From positions 5,845-69,844 of the forward strand of contig CAMAXJ010000001.1 in the NCBI GenBank assembly GCA_945862155.1: a DNA stretch of 64,000 bases, in the 5' to 3' direction. This DNA is from Rhodoluna limnophila (GTDB lineage Bacteria > Actinomycetota > Actinomycetes > Actinomycetales > Microbacteriaceae). Below are positions 49,149 to 58,639 of this stretch, piece by piece. The notes beneath the pieces were generated by a model that saw nothing but the letters and a program-made list of their open reading frames with translations, had not been told where the DNA came from and did not search any database. Every line of letters starts with the position of its first letter. Position 1 is the stretch's first letter. The position numbers were made by a program, and so were the translations under genes.

Positions 49149-49243
49149 TTTTGGTCCAATCGATTCTTTGGCAAAACGTGCAAGTCATTTGAGATTACCC
49201 TGTTAGCAGGGCTTTATAAACATCGATGTTGATGGAGAAAAAC

Positions 49244-50908
49244 ATGACCACTTATACCCGCGGGGATCTGCACGCAGCCACCGGTTCAACTCTCACCGCA
49301 AAGGGCTGGGGTCAAGAAGCAGCACTTCGAATGCTGCATAACAACTTAGATCCAGCAGTTGCCGAGCATCCAGAAGAACTTATTGTTTACGGCGGCAGCG
49401 GTAAAGCAGCTCGCAACTGGGCAAGCTTCGACGCGATAGTAAAGACCCTCACAAACCTAGAAAACGACGAGACCATGCTGGTCCAATCCGGAAAGCCAGT
49501 TGGTGTCTTCCGCACCCACGAGTGGGCACCTCGAGTAATCCTTGCTAACTCCAACTTGGTGGGCGACTGGGCCACCTGGCCAGAATTTAGAAGACTCGAG
49601 CACCTGGGCCTGACGATGTACGGTCAGATGACTGCAGGATCTTGGATCTATATCGGAACTCAAGGAATCCTTCAGGGAACCTACGAAACATTTGCAGCTG
49701 TTGCTGCAAAGAGATTCGGCGGAACACTAGCTGGAACACTTACCCTGACCGGTGGTTGCGGAGGTATGGGTGGAGCTCAGCCACTAGCTGTAACAATGAA
49801 CGAGGGAACCTGCTTGATCATTGACGTTGACGAATCAAGACTTAGAAGAAGAATCCAGGACCGCTACCTCGACGAACTAGCCGACAACATAGATGATGCA
49901 ATTGAAAAAGTGCTCAAGTACAAGTCGGAGAAAAAAGCTATCTCGGTTGGACTTGCTGACAACGCGGCAACAATCTTTACTGAGCTATTGAAGCGCGATA
50001 TTCCAATCGATATAGTTACCGACCAAACCTCGGCTCACGATCCCCTTTATTACATTCCTGAAGGTGTAAGCGTCGAAGATGCGAGGGCGATGGCCGAAAA
50101 GGATCCTGCAGATTTCACAATCCGTGCGGAAGCTGCAATGGCTAAGCACGTTGAGGCAATGGTTGGCTTTATGAACAAAGGGGCCGAAGTCTTTGACTAC
50201 GGCAACTCAATTCGCGATGAAGCTCGAAAAGGCGGCTTCAAAGACGCCTTCAAGTTCCCAGGATTTATCCCGGCATACATCAGACCGTTGTTCTGTGAAG
50301 GTAAAGGCCCGTTCCGCTGGGTAGCACTTTCGGGAGATAAGAAAGATATCTATCGCACCGATCAGGCAATTCTTGATCTGTTCCCAGACAATGCTCACCT
50401 GCACCGCTGGATCAAGATGGCTCAAGACAGAGTGCAGTTCCAAGGACTCCCAGCAAGAATTTGTTGGCTTGGTTACGGCGAACGTGACAAAGCCGGAGCT
50501 GTGTTCAATGATTTAGTAAAAAAAGGAGAGGTGTCCGCACCGATTGTTATCGGACGAGACCACTTGGATTGTGGATCGGTTGCTAGCCCGTACCGCGAAT
50601 CAGAAGCCATGCTCGATGGCTCCGATGCCATCGCTGACTGGCCACTGCTAAACGCGATGATCAACATCGCAAGCGGTGCTTCTTGGGTTTCAATCCACCA
50701 CGGCGGCGGAGTTGGTATTGGAAGATCCATTCACGCCGGTCAAGTTTCTGTTGCTGATGGAACCGATCTTGCAGCTGAGAAACTAAACAGGGTTCTCACC
50801 AACGATCCAGGCATGGGAGTGATTCGTCACGTTGATGCCGGATACAAGGAAGCAGAAGGCGTCGCAAGAGCCAAGCATGTACACGTGCCAATGCTCGACA
50901 CCGAGTAA
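49244..50908 (+). CDS. hutU: urocanate hydratase
   Basis: Highly conserved urocanase sequence ([48 protein letters not shown]). I prefer the ATG at 49244 after a GGAGA RBS; the longest ORF starts at 49226. Confidence 0.95.
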   Translation: MTTYTRGDLHAATGSTLTAKGWGQEAALRMLHNNLDPAVAEHPEELIVYGGSGKAARNWASFDAIVKTLTNLENDETMLVQSGKPVGVFRTHEWAPRVILANSNLVGDWATWPEFRRLEHLGLTMYGQMTAGSWIYIGTQGILQGTYETFAAVAAKRFGGTLAGTLTLTGGCGGMGGAQPLAVTMNEGTCLIIDVDESRLRRRIQDRYLDELADNIDDAIEKVLKYKSEKKAISVGLADNAATIFTELLKRDIPIDIVTDQTSAHDPLYYIPEGVSVEDARAMAEKDPADFTIRAEAAMAKHVEAMVGFMNKGAEVFDYGNSIRDEARKGGFKDAFKFPGFIPAYIRPLFCEGKGPFRWVALSGDKKDIYRTDQAILDLFPDNAHLHRWIKMAQDRVQFQGLPARICWLGYGERDKAGAVFNDLVKKGEVSAPIVIGRDHLDCGSVASPYRESEAMLDGSDAIADWPLLNAMINIASGASWVSIHHGGGVGIGRSIHAGQVSVADGTDLAAEKLNRVLTNDPGMGVIRHVDAGYKEAEGVARAKHVHVPMLDTE

Positions 50909-50912
50909 ACAC

Positions 50913-52100
50913 ATGTCTCTTGCAATTACCAATATTGGTTCTTTAGTCACCAATAATCCCAATCTTGGATCTGGCATACTAGGCGAACTAGAAAACGCAG
51001 GCGTTGTAATTGAAGACGGAAAAATTGTTTGGGTTGGCAGTTCCAGATCAGCACCTGCAAGCGATCAAACAATTGACGCCCAAGGAATGGGAGTAATCCC
51101 GGGCTTTGTTGATTCACACGCCCACATGGTTTTTGCAGGGGATAGATCCAAAGACTTTGAAGCCCGCATGAACGGCGAGAAATACTCGGCCGGTGGAATC
51201 AAATCAACTGTTGCAAAAACACGCGCTGCAAGCGATGCCGAACTAGAAGCCAACTTTTTATCTTTGCAAAACGAAATGATTCGCTCCGGAATCACTACCT
51301 TTGAATCAAAATCCGGCTACGGACTATCGGTTCATGATGAAGCCCGCTGTCTTGCAATCGCGGCAAAGCACACCAGTGAAACCACCTTCCTTGGAGCCCA
51401 TGTGGTTCCAGAAGACTACGCCGGCAGAGCCGACGACTACATTGCGCTTGTGACCGGTGAGATGCTGCAATCTTGCGCACCGCATGCGAAGTGGGTGGAT
51501 GTTTTCTGTGACGTCGGAGCATTCGATGTTGATCAGTCGCGTGCGATTCTCAAGTCAGGAATTGCCAAAGGCCTGATGCCTCGCATTCACGCCAATCAGC
51601 TAGCTCAAGGCGGCGGCGTCCAGCTGGCAGTTGAGCTTGATTGTGCATCGGCTGATCACTGCACACACCTTTCTGCCAAAGACATCGAAGCACTCGCCGG
51701 TTCCAATACCGTTGCCACCATGCTTCCAGGGGCTGAGTTTTCCACCAGAGCTAACTACCTAGATGCCAAGAAGCTCTTTGCTGCAGGTGTCACAGTTGCC
51801 CTTGCAACGGACTGTAATCCAGGCTCGAGCTATACGACGTCTATGGGCTTTTGCATTGCGGTAGCAATCAGGGACATGGGATTTAGCCCAGAGCAGGCTC
51901 TTTGGTCGGCAACTCTAGGAGGCGCGAAGGCCCTTAGACGAACTGACATCGGCGCACTCTCTGTTGGCATGAGCGCGGACTTTTCAATTCTTTCGGCCCC
52001 AAGTTTTAGACACCTGGGCTATCGCCCAGGAGTAGATCAGATTTCACAAGTACTTAGAAGCGGCAAAACCATCTATAAGCACCAGGACGGAACTAAATGA
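50913..52100 (+). CDS. hutI: imidazolonepropionase
   Basis: Amidohydrolase motifs (GFVDSHAHMVFAG, FCDVGAF, IHANQL, ADHCTHL, LATDCNPGSS). The start is trimmed to the ATG at 50913, just after the hutU stop. Confidence 0.9.
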   Translation: MSLAITNIGSLVTNNPNLGSGILGELENAGVVIEDGKIVWVGSSRSAPASDQTIDAQGMGVIPGFVDSHAHMVFAGDRSKDFEARMNGEKYSAGGIKSTVAKTRAASDAELEANFLSLQNEMIRSGITTFESKSGYGLSVHDEARCLAIAAKHTSETTFLGAHVVPEDYAGRADDYIALVTGEMLQSCAPHAKWVDVFCDVGAFDVDQSRAILKSGIAKGLMPRIHANQLAQGGGVQLAVELDCASADHCTHLSAKDIEALAGSNTVATMLPGAEFSTRANYLDAKKLFAAGVTVALATDCNPGSSYTTSMGFCIAVAIRDMGFSPEQALWSATLGGAKALRRTDIGALSVGMSADFSILSAPSFRHLGYRPGVDQISQVLRSGKTIYKHQDGTK

Positions 52101-53587
52101 CCATCACACTGAACTCATCTGGATTGACCATGGAGCAGGTGGTTGCAGTTGCCAGAAATGGTACCAAGATCGAAATCTCTAAAGAAGCGCTTACGAAGAT
52201 GGCAGCTACCCGAGCTCACATCGAAACTTTGGCTAAGGCAGAAACCCCGGTCTATGGAATCTCAACTGGTTTTGGTGCACTTGCTAACCAGCACATTGCA
52301 CCTGAAGATCGAGTGCAACTGCAGAAATCATTAATTCGATCCCATGCCGCAGGCATGGGCGACCCTGTTGAAAAAGAAGTAGTTCGAGCCCTGATGCTGC
52401 TTCGACTAAAGACACTGGTTAGTGGTCGAACCGGAGTCCGTCCAGAACTTGCAACCACCTACGCCGATTTGATCAACGCCCAGATCACACCAATAGTTCA
52501 CGAATACGGATCTTTAGGTTGCAGTGGGGATCTTGCCCCACTTGCCCACTGCGCACTTGTCCTGATGGGCGAAGGTCGAGCAGTTGGTCCAGACGGGATC
52601 GAAAAGCCAGTGCCTGAACTCTTAGCCGCAGCAGGAATCAAGCCAATAGAACTTCGCGAAAAAGAAGGCCTTGCCCTAATAAATGGAACAGACGGCATGC
52701 TCGGCATGCTGGTACTGGCGCTGCATGATCTAAATAAATTGTGCGACCAGGTTGATGTAGTTGCTGCAATGAGCGTTGAAGCTCAAATGGGCACAGATCA
52801 GGTCTATAGACCTGAACTACATGAGCCGCTACGTCCACACCCAGGACAGGCAAAAAGTGCAGCAAATATGTTTGCAGCGCTTGCAGGATCTGAAGTTGTC
52901 GCATCTCACCGCGAAGGTGACGATCGGGTACAAGATGCTTACTCGCTTCGCTGCGCCCCACAGGTTGCAGGTGCAGTGCGTGACACCATCACTCACGCAA
53001 CCCTTGTTGCAACTCGTGAGATAGCAGCAACGGTGGATAACCCAGTTGTTTTGGAATCAGGTGAAGTCACATCGAACGGTAACTTCCATGGAGCACCAGT
53101 TGGCTACGTGCTGGACTTTTTAGCCATTGCTGCAACTGATCTTTCTTCAATTTCTGAAAGAAGAACCGACCGCATGTTGGACCGCTATCGCTCAAATGGT
53201 TTGACTCCGTTTTTGGCAGGAGATGCCGGAGTTGATTCGGGTTTGATGATTGCCCAGTACACCCAAGCTGGATTGGTTTCAGAAAACAAGAGATTGTCAG
53301 TTCCCGCCAGCGTTGACTCAATCCCTTCCTCGGCAATGCAAGAAGACCATGTCTCAATGGGTTGGCACGCGGGACGAAAGCTACGAAAAGTTGTAGACAA
53401 CCTAAGACGAGTTGTTGCCATTGAATTGGTCACGGCAGCCCGTGCACTGGATATGAGAGCACCACTAAAGCCCGCTCCAATCACAGGAGCGCTTCTGTCT
53501 AAACTTCGTAAAGAAGTTCCTGGCGTTGGACCAGATCGTTTCCTAGCACCGGAACTTGAAGCTGCAGAAAGACTACTCAGGGCGTAA
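52097..53587 (+). CDS. hutH: histidine ammonia-lyase
   Basis: 496 aa with the MIO-forming GSLGCSGDLAPLAH (Ala-Ser-Gly equivalent context). The start overlaps the hutI stop. Confidence 0.95.
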   Translation: MTITLNSSGLTMEQVVAVARNGTKIEISKEALTKMAATRAHIETLAKAETPVYGISTGFGALANQHIAPEDRVQLQKSLIRSHAAGMGDPVEKEVVRALMLLRLKTLVSGRTGVRPELATTYADLINAQITPIVHEYGSLGCSGDLAPLAHCALVLMGEGRAVGPDGIEKPVPELLAAAGIKPIELREKEGLALINGTDGMLGMLVLALHDLNKLCDQVDVVAAMSVEAQMGTDQVYRPELHEPLRPHPGQAKSAANMFAALAGSEVVASHREGDDRVQDAYSLRCAPQVAGAVRDTITHATLVATREIAATVDNPVVLESGEVTSNGNFHGAPVGYVLDFLAIAATDLSSISERRTDRMLDRYRSNGLTPFLAGDAGVDSGLMIAQYTQAGLVSENKRLSVPASVDSIPSSAMQEDHVSMGWHAGRKLRKVVDNLRRVVAIELVTAARALDMRAPLKPAPITGALLSKLRKEVPGVGPDRFLAPELEAAERLLRA

Positions 53588-53622
53588 ATCTAAGGCGCAA
53601 AGAGGCAAGCCTCATTAGCGCA

Positions 53623-54669
53623 TTAGAGACAGCTACTGAGAATTTTCCTGGCTAATGCATAGTCAAGCCTGCGGCGTCGCCTTCCAGTTCTGTCGTTGCC
53701 CTTGAAAGGCGCCAACACAAGATCACCAGAGCGCTGCCTTATTGAGGCAAGGAGGGCATTAGCTTTTGAAATCAATTCAGGTATGTCCACATCCGCAACA
53801 CCTGGAACCTCTAGGTAAGTCATCAACCTAGAGGAAACAACTACCGAATCACTCGGATACCCAAAGTCCTTAGCCGCAACAAAAGCAATCGATGTTTTTC
53901 CGTCGCTGCCATCTACCGCGCGCAATCCAATGCGACCATTCGGGTCATTGAAATAAATGTTCTGCTTTGGCGCGTTTGACTGCCGAAGGAAGAGAATTTC
54001 CTTCAGGGTTCCGATGCTTTGCTCACCAGTAAAGACGTGCGCGTCATCGCGCACCTTCTTTCCAAAGCACGCAACCAAAGCCGGCGCATCGGTATCCGCA
54101 AAGAGTTGGTCTTGTATAACCACGGCTAGCTCTAGTCGGTGCTTCGGAAAGGTAGAAAGTAGAAAAGTCTCAGGGATAATGGCAACTACGTAATCGGCTG
54201 AAGCAAGAGCATTCTCAAGAGCTATTCGGTAAAGGTTTTTCTGAGTTGAGTTAGCAAAATACTTGGCCACTAATTGCTCAACACCTTTACGCTTTGCAGA
54301 GTGATTAGCAAGATACGGCGGGTTTGTGACAATCACAGCGCGCTCCGGATTCGGGATTGCAACTAGCGAATCGTTTATGGCCCAGTTTGCGCCTTGAATG
54401 TCAAACCCGGTTGCTTGCTTTACTTGGCGCCCAAGAATTAGATCCGCTTTGATTGTTTCAAGAAGGTGGCCATCGCCTGCGAAGGGATCTAGCAGGTATC
54501 CGTTGGATTCAATTAAGGCATTTTCTAGAAAATGTCTAACTTGATGGGTGAGCCAGCCAGATTTGGTTGTGTAGAAAGAACCCAAGGAAACTTTGTCTAT
54601 ATCGACCTCGACGGTTCGGTTCTTGGCCTTAGAAACCAGCATGCGGCCAAGCGGCCGATTTGAACTCAT
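53623..54669 (-). CDS. orphan gamma-class N6-adenine DNA methyltransferase
   Basis: 348 aa with SAM motif I LLDPFAGDGHLL, catalytic motif IV VIVTNPPYL about 50 aa later, and a C-terminal putative target-recognition domain. Confidence 0.7.
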   Translation of the reverse strand: MSSNRPLGRMLVSKAKNRTVEVDIDKVSLGSFYTTKSGWLTHQVRHFLENALIESNGYLLDPFAGDGHLLETIKADLILGRQVKQATGFDIQGANWAINDSLVAIPNPERAVIVTNPPYLANHSAKRKGVEQLVAKYFANSTQKNLYRIALENALASADYVVAIIPETFLLSTFPKHRLELAVVIQDQLFADTDAPALVACFGKKVRDDAHVFTGEQSIGTLKEILFLRQSNAPKQNIYFNDPNGRIGLRAVDGSDGKTSIAFVAAKDFGYPSDSVVVSSRLMTYLEVPGVADVDIPELISKANALLASIRQRSGDLVLAPFKGNDRTGRRRRRLDYALARKILSSCL

Positions 54670-54684
54670 GGCACAATAGTAACC

Positions 54685-55215
54685 ATGACTTCACATACCC
54701 ATGTAGCGACAATCAAAACCAACCTAGGAAGCATAAAGGTAAACCTTTTTGCTCTGCAGGCACCCAAGACCGTTGAGAACTTCATCGGCCTTAGCGATGG
54801 ATCCATTGAATGGACCCACCCAAAGCGCGGCCCACAGCCAAAAGGAACACCTTTATACAACGGCGTGATCTTCCACCGCATCATTCCTGATTTCATGCTT
54901 CAGGGCGGTGACCCAACCGGAACCGGCATGGGAGGCCCAGGATATAACTTCGGTGACGAGATTCACCCGGAACTAACCTTCAACGAGCCCTACAAGCTAG
55001 CCATGGCTAACGCAGGACCTGGCACCAACGGTTCGCAGTGGTTTATCACCACAGTTCCAACCACCTGGCTCTATGGCAAGCACACTATTTTTGGTGATGT
55101 TGTTGATCCAGACAGCCGCAAGGTAGTTGACAAGATTCAGGCTGTGGAAACTGGTCCGCAAGATAAGCCAATCGACGATGTAGTGATCGAGTCAATTTCT
55201 GTAGAAACCCTTTAG
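54685..55215 (+). CDS. ppiA: peptidyl-prolyl cis-trans isomerase (cyclophilin)
   Basis: 176 aa with FHRIIPDFMLQGGDP and GPGTNGSQWFIT motifs. Confidence 0.9.
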   Translation: MTSHTHVATIKTNLGSIKVNLFALQAPKTVENFIGLSDGSIEWTHPKRGPQPKGTPLYNGVIFHRIIPDFMLQGGDPTGTGMGGPGYNFGDEIHPELTFNEPYKLAMANAGPGTNGSQWFITTVPTTWLYGKHTIFGDVVDPDSRKVVDKIQAVETGPQDKPIDDVVIESISVETL

Positions 55216-55229
55216 TTTCTAAAACCCAA

Positions 55230-55880
55230 ATGGCCAGATTGAAATCGGATCAGCCGAGAGTGACCCTCTCGCTGATAATGATCAATCTGGTCATTTGGCT
55301 TTTGCAGGTGATTCCAGGATCTACCCTAACTTCGACACTTTTCTATGCACCGCTTCTAACGGTTATCGAACCGTGGCGAATGATTACCGCAGGGTTTGTT
55401 CATTCGCCCGATAGCTTCTGGCATATCTTGTTGAACGCCTACTCCATCTATATCTTCGGCCGAGTAATCGAACCGATGCTTGGGCCCATTAGGTTTTTGG
55501 TTCTTTACCTGGTTTCCATCTTTGGTGGATCGGCGATGGTGTTGTGGCTTAGCGAACCGGTGGTTCCAGTAGTTGGTGCCTCCGGCGCTTTCTTTGGGCT
55601 TATGGGCGCTTACCTGATCATGCTTCGAGCCATTGGCGATAACTCAGGACTACTTGTTGGACTAATTGCCGTGAACTTAGCCTTTGGATTCTTGGTGCCA
55701 GGCATATCTTGGCAAGGTCACTTAGGAGGGCTTCTTGCCGGAATGGCAGTGACTGCCGTTTACGCGCGCACCAGATACAAATCAGGCCTTAGCCAAAAGA
55801 TTCAAGTCTTGGGTGTTATTGGATTAATTGCTGTGGCAACGGTAGCGGGAGTTGTATTCCGACTGCCATTTGCCTTCTAG
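55230..55880 (+). CDS. rhomboid-family intramembrane serine protease
   Basis: 216 aa with six TM segments, HILLNAYSIY, the catalytic GASGAFFG, and a later H in GHLGG. Confidence 0.85.
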   Translation: MARLKSDQPRVTLSLIMINLVIWLLQVIPGSTLTSTLFYAPLLTVIEPWRMITAGFVHSPDSFWHILLNAYSIYIFGRVIEPMLGPIRFLVLYLVSIFGGSAMVLWLSEPVVPVVGASGAFFGLMGAYLIMLRAIGDNSGLLVGLIAVNLAFGFLVPGISWQGHLGGLLAGMAVTAVYARTRYKSGLSQKIQVLGVIGLIAVATVAGVVFRLPFAF

Positions 55881-55888
55881 AAGTTAAA

Positions 55889-56152
55889 TTACTTCCAGCG
55901 GGTTGTCATCATGAAACCGATCATGGCAATGCCAAAACCAATCAGGATATTCCAGTTACCAACGTTTAACGGAGTTGCTGCTCCTAGCGGGAACTGAGCG
56001 CTGGTCACGTAGTAAGTGATGATCCAGATAAGCCCAATAATCATGAAGCCAAACATCACGGGCTTAAACCAAACTGGGTTTAGTGACTCTCCGGAGTCGC
56101 TTCCAGTTTTTTTGGACGGCTTTGATTTCGGCAGGTTATTGAGTTCAGACAT
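55889..56152 (-). CDS. crgA: cell division protein CrgA
   Basis: Small 2-TM protein with NPVWFKPVMFGFMIIGL and C-terminal TTRWK. The start is trimmed to the ATG at 56152. Confidence 0.8.
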   Translation of the reverse strand: MSELNNLPKSKPSKKTGSDSGESLNPVWFKPVMFGFMIIGLIWIITYYVTSAQFPLGAATPLNVGNWNILIGFGIAMIGFMMTTRWK

Positions 56153-56183
56153 GAGCTCAATTCTACAACTAGGCTTTACACAA

Positions 56184-56819
56184 ATGACCAAGATTCTCGT
56201 GCTGGATAACTACGACAGCTTCGTATACACGCTAAATGGCTACCTGCAGCAGTTGGGTGCCGAGACAGACGTGATTAGAAACGACGCCATTGAGGCATCC
56301 GAGCTTCCAGCCCTAATGGCCAAATACGATGGCGTCCTAATCTCCCCGGGACCTGGAACCCCAGCCGATGCGGGACTGAGCATCCCGGTAGTCAAAGAAG
56401 CACTTGTCACCAACCAACCGGTATTCGGTGTTTGCCTAGGCCACCAAGCCATCGCAGAGGCAATGGGTGCAACCGTCCAGTCAGCACAAGAACTAATGCA
56501 TGGCAAAACTTCAGAAGTTCAACACGACAACAGTTTGATTTTCAAAGATGTCCCAAAATCTTTTCGCGCCACCCGCTATCACTCACTCGCGGTTTTGGAT
56601 GGAACTGTTCCTAAAGATCTAATCGTGACTTCACGCACCAAGGGAGGCGTGATCATGGGTTTGCAGCACGCAACTAAACCAATTTACGGAGTGCAGTTTC
56701 ACCCGGAGTCAGTAATGACAGAGGGGGGCTATCAGATGCTCGGAAACTGGTTGGAATCAATCGGGCTCAAAGGTGCAGCGCAAAAAGCCAAGTCACTTTC
56801 CCCGATGGTTAATCTCTAG
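56184..56819 (+). CDS. trpG: anthranilate/aminodeoxychorismate synthase component II (glutamine amidotransferase)
   Basis: MTKILVLDNYDSFVYT, GVCLGHQAI (Cys nucleophile) and GVQFHPES. The start is trimmed to 56184. Confidence 0.85.
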   Translation: MTKILVLDNYDSFVYTLNGYLQQLGAETDVIRNDAIEASELPALMAKYDGVLISPGPGTPADAGLSIPVVKEALVTNQPVFGVCLGHQAIAEAMGATVQSAQELMHGKTSEVQHDNSLIFKDVPKSFRATRYHSLAVLDGTVPKDLIVTSRTKGGVIMGLQHATKPIYGVQFHPESVMTEGGYQMLGNWLESIGLKGAAQKAKSLSPMVNL

Positions 56820-58597
56820 CCAGTAGCCACACAATTTAGCGTCAAGGTGATTATCGAACGCTGAGGCGCAAGTCCTGCAGGAATCGACTGAGTTCCAACT
56901 AGAGTTCCAGCGGTTCCTGCACAAGTCACCGGCTGAGCGATAACAACACTGAAACCAACTTCAGGCGCTTGCATGATTCGCTGAGCCTCGGAGATACTCA
57001 AGTTCTCAACGTTTGGTACTTGCACTTGACCATCAGATACCAGCAGGTTCACAACTGATCCGCCAGGGACTCTTTCGTTAGCTGCAGGAACGGATTCAAT
57101 AACCGAGCCCTTGACAACATTTGCTGAGTTTGCAGGGGATATAACTCCAAGTACCAACCCGACTCCCTCTAGAGCTGCTCTGGCGGCTTCTTCGGTGAGA
57201 CCGGTTAGAAACGGAACCGATGTTTCAAGTTTTCCTGAAGAAACCACAATTTCAATTGTTGTTCGCTCAGGAACCTTGGTCCCAGCTGGAGGATCGGTTC
57301 GAATTATTACTCCTGCTGCGATCTCATCACTTGCTTCAGTAATTCTCAAAACCAGCAATCCCTGATCACGAAGGGCCTGGGCTCCATCATCAAATAGCGC
57401 ACCTGATACATCAGCTACGGGGATACCTGAATTAGCCGTTGGAAAAAATGGCTGGAATGATCCGCCCAATGTAAGAAGCCAAATGACCAGACCAATTAGC
57501 ACTACCGATGCACCGGATCCAACACCCCAAAGCACACCAGCCGAAGGGCGTTCGCTTCGAGAAGCGCTCTGGATTCTAATTGCACTGGTTTCGGTATTTG
57601 AATTGAAATCAACACCCAATTCCTTGAAGAAATCTTCTGGTTGAACTTCGCCGATTACTTCAGTTTGAGCAGACTCAATTACCTGTGTTGGTTGCGCAGC
57701 AACAGGAATTGCTCTAGTCGGGGAAGTTTTTTTCTGCAGAGCCTGTCCGTTAGCTGCTGCGATCAAATGATCGCGGAATTCCTCTGCGGTCTGGAAACGC
57801 TCAATGCGATCTTTCGCAAGTGCGTTTAGAACCACTTGATCCATCTCCGGTGAAATATCTGCATTGTGTGCTGATGGTGGAGTCACTTTTGCGCTCACGT
57901 GTTGGTAGGCAACCGAAACGGCAGTATCGCCCTTGAAGGGTGGGCGGCCTGCAAGCATCTCGTAAAGCACAACACCGGTCGAGTAAAGATCTGTTCTAGC
58001 ATCTACCGCTTCGCCTCTGGCTTGCTCGGGGGAGAAGTACTGGGCAGTGCCAACAATTCCCGAGGTGTGAGCCTGGGTTGCGGAAGAGTCAGAGATTGCG
58101 CGGGCAATGCCAAAGTCCATGACTTTGACCTGTCCTTCTTCGGTGACCATTATGTTCGACGCTTTGATGTCGCGGTGGATGATTCCAGCTTTGTGCGAAT
58201 ACTCAAGGGCAGTAAGCACGCCCTTGGCGTAGCCAACGGCTTCGCTAGAAGTTAGTTTTCGCTCGTGCATCAAATCCCGTAGGAGCTTGCCCTTGACGTA
58301 TTCCATGACAATAAAAGGTGTCTTGCGAACGTTGCCGTTAGAGTCAGTGGTGATTTCTTCGCCGGCGTCATAGATACGAACAATGGTTGGGTGAGCCATC
58401 TTCGCTGATGCTTGGGCTTCCTGAGCGAAGCGGGATTCGAAGTTCTCATCATTAGCTAGGTCGGACTTGAGTAGCTTGATGGCAATCTTTCGCCCGAGGC
58501 GAAGATCGACTCCTTCAAACACATCAGCCATACCGCCGCGGCCGATGATTTCGCCCACATTGTAGCGACCAGCTAATACCCGCTCTTGATCAGACAA
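56816..58597 (-). CDS. pknB: Ser/Thr protein kinase PknB with extracellular PASTA repeats
   Basis: 593 aa with kinase motifs GRGGMADV, HRDIKASN, DFG and SPEQ, one TM, and about three PASTA-like repeats. Confidence 0.9.
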   Translation of the reverse strand: MSDQERVLAGRYNVGEIIGRGGMADVFEGVDLRLGRKIAIKLLKSDLANDENFESRFAQEAQASAKMAHPTIVRIYDAGEEITTDSNGNVRKTPFIVMEYVKGKLLRDLMHERKLTSSEAVGYAKGVLTALEYSHKAGIIHRDIKASNIMVTEEGQVKVMDFGIARAISDSSATQAHTSGIVGTAQYFSPEQARGEAVDARTDLYSTGVVLYEMLAGRPPFKGDTAVSVAYQHVSAKVTPPSAHNADISPEMDQVVLNALAKDRIERFQTAEEFRDHLIAAANGQALQKKTSPTRAIPVAAQPTQVIESAQTEVIGEVQPEDFFKELGVDFNSNTETSAIRIQSASRSERPSAGVLWGVGSGASVVLIGLVIWLLTLGGSFQPFFPTANSGIPVADVSGALFDDGAQALRDQGLLVLRITEASDEIAAGVIIRTDPPAGTKVPERTTIEIVVSSGKLETSVPFLTGLTEEAARAALEGVGLVLGVISPANSANVVKGSVIESVPAANERVPGGSVVNLLVSDGQVQVPNVENLSISEAQRIMQAPEVGFSVVIAQPVTCAGTAGTLVGTQSIPAGLAPQRSIITLTLNCVATG

Positions 58598-58639
58598 TTG
58601 GTCTTACCCCGTTCTTACATTTCAATATTACCCAGCCCA

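Noticed and set aside
53596-53603. 8-nt match (CGCAAAGA) to the sequence just 3' of tRNA-Ala, near the right edge of the accessory region. I considered it as a possible distal att site.
   Set aside because: It is too short. Chance probability is of order several percent given the windows compared, and it does not include the tRNA-derived 12-mer.
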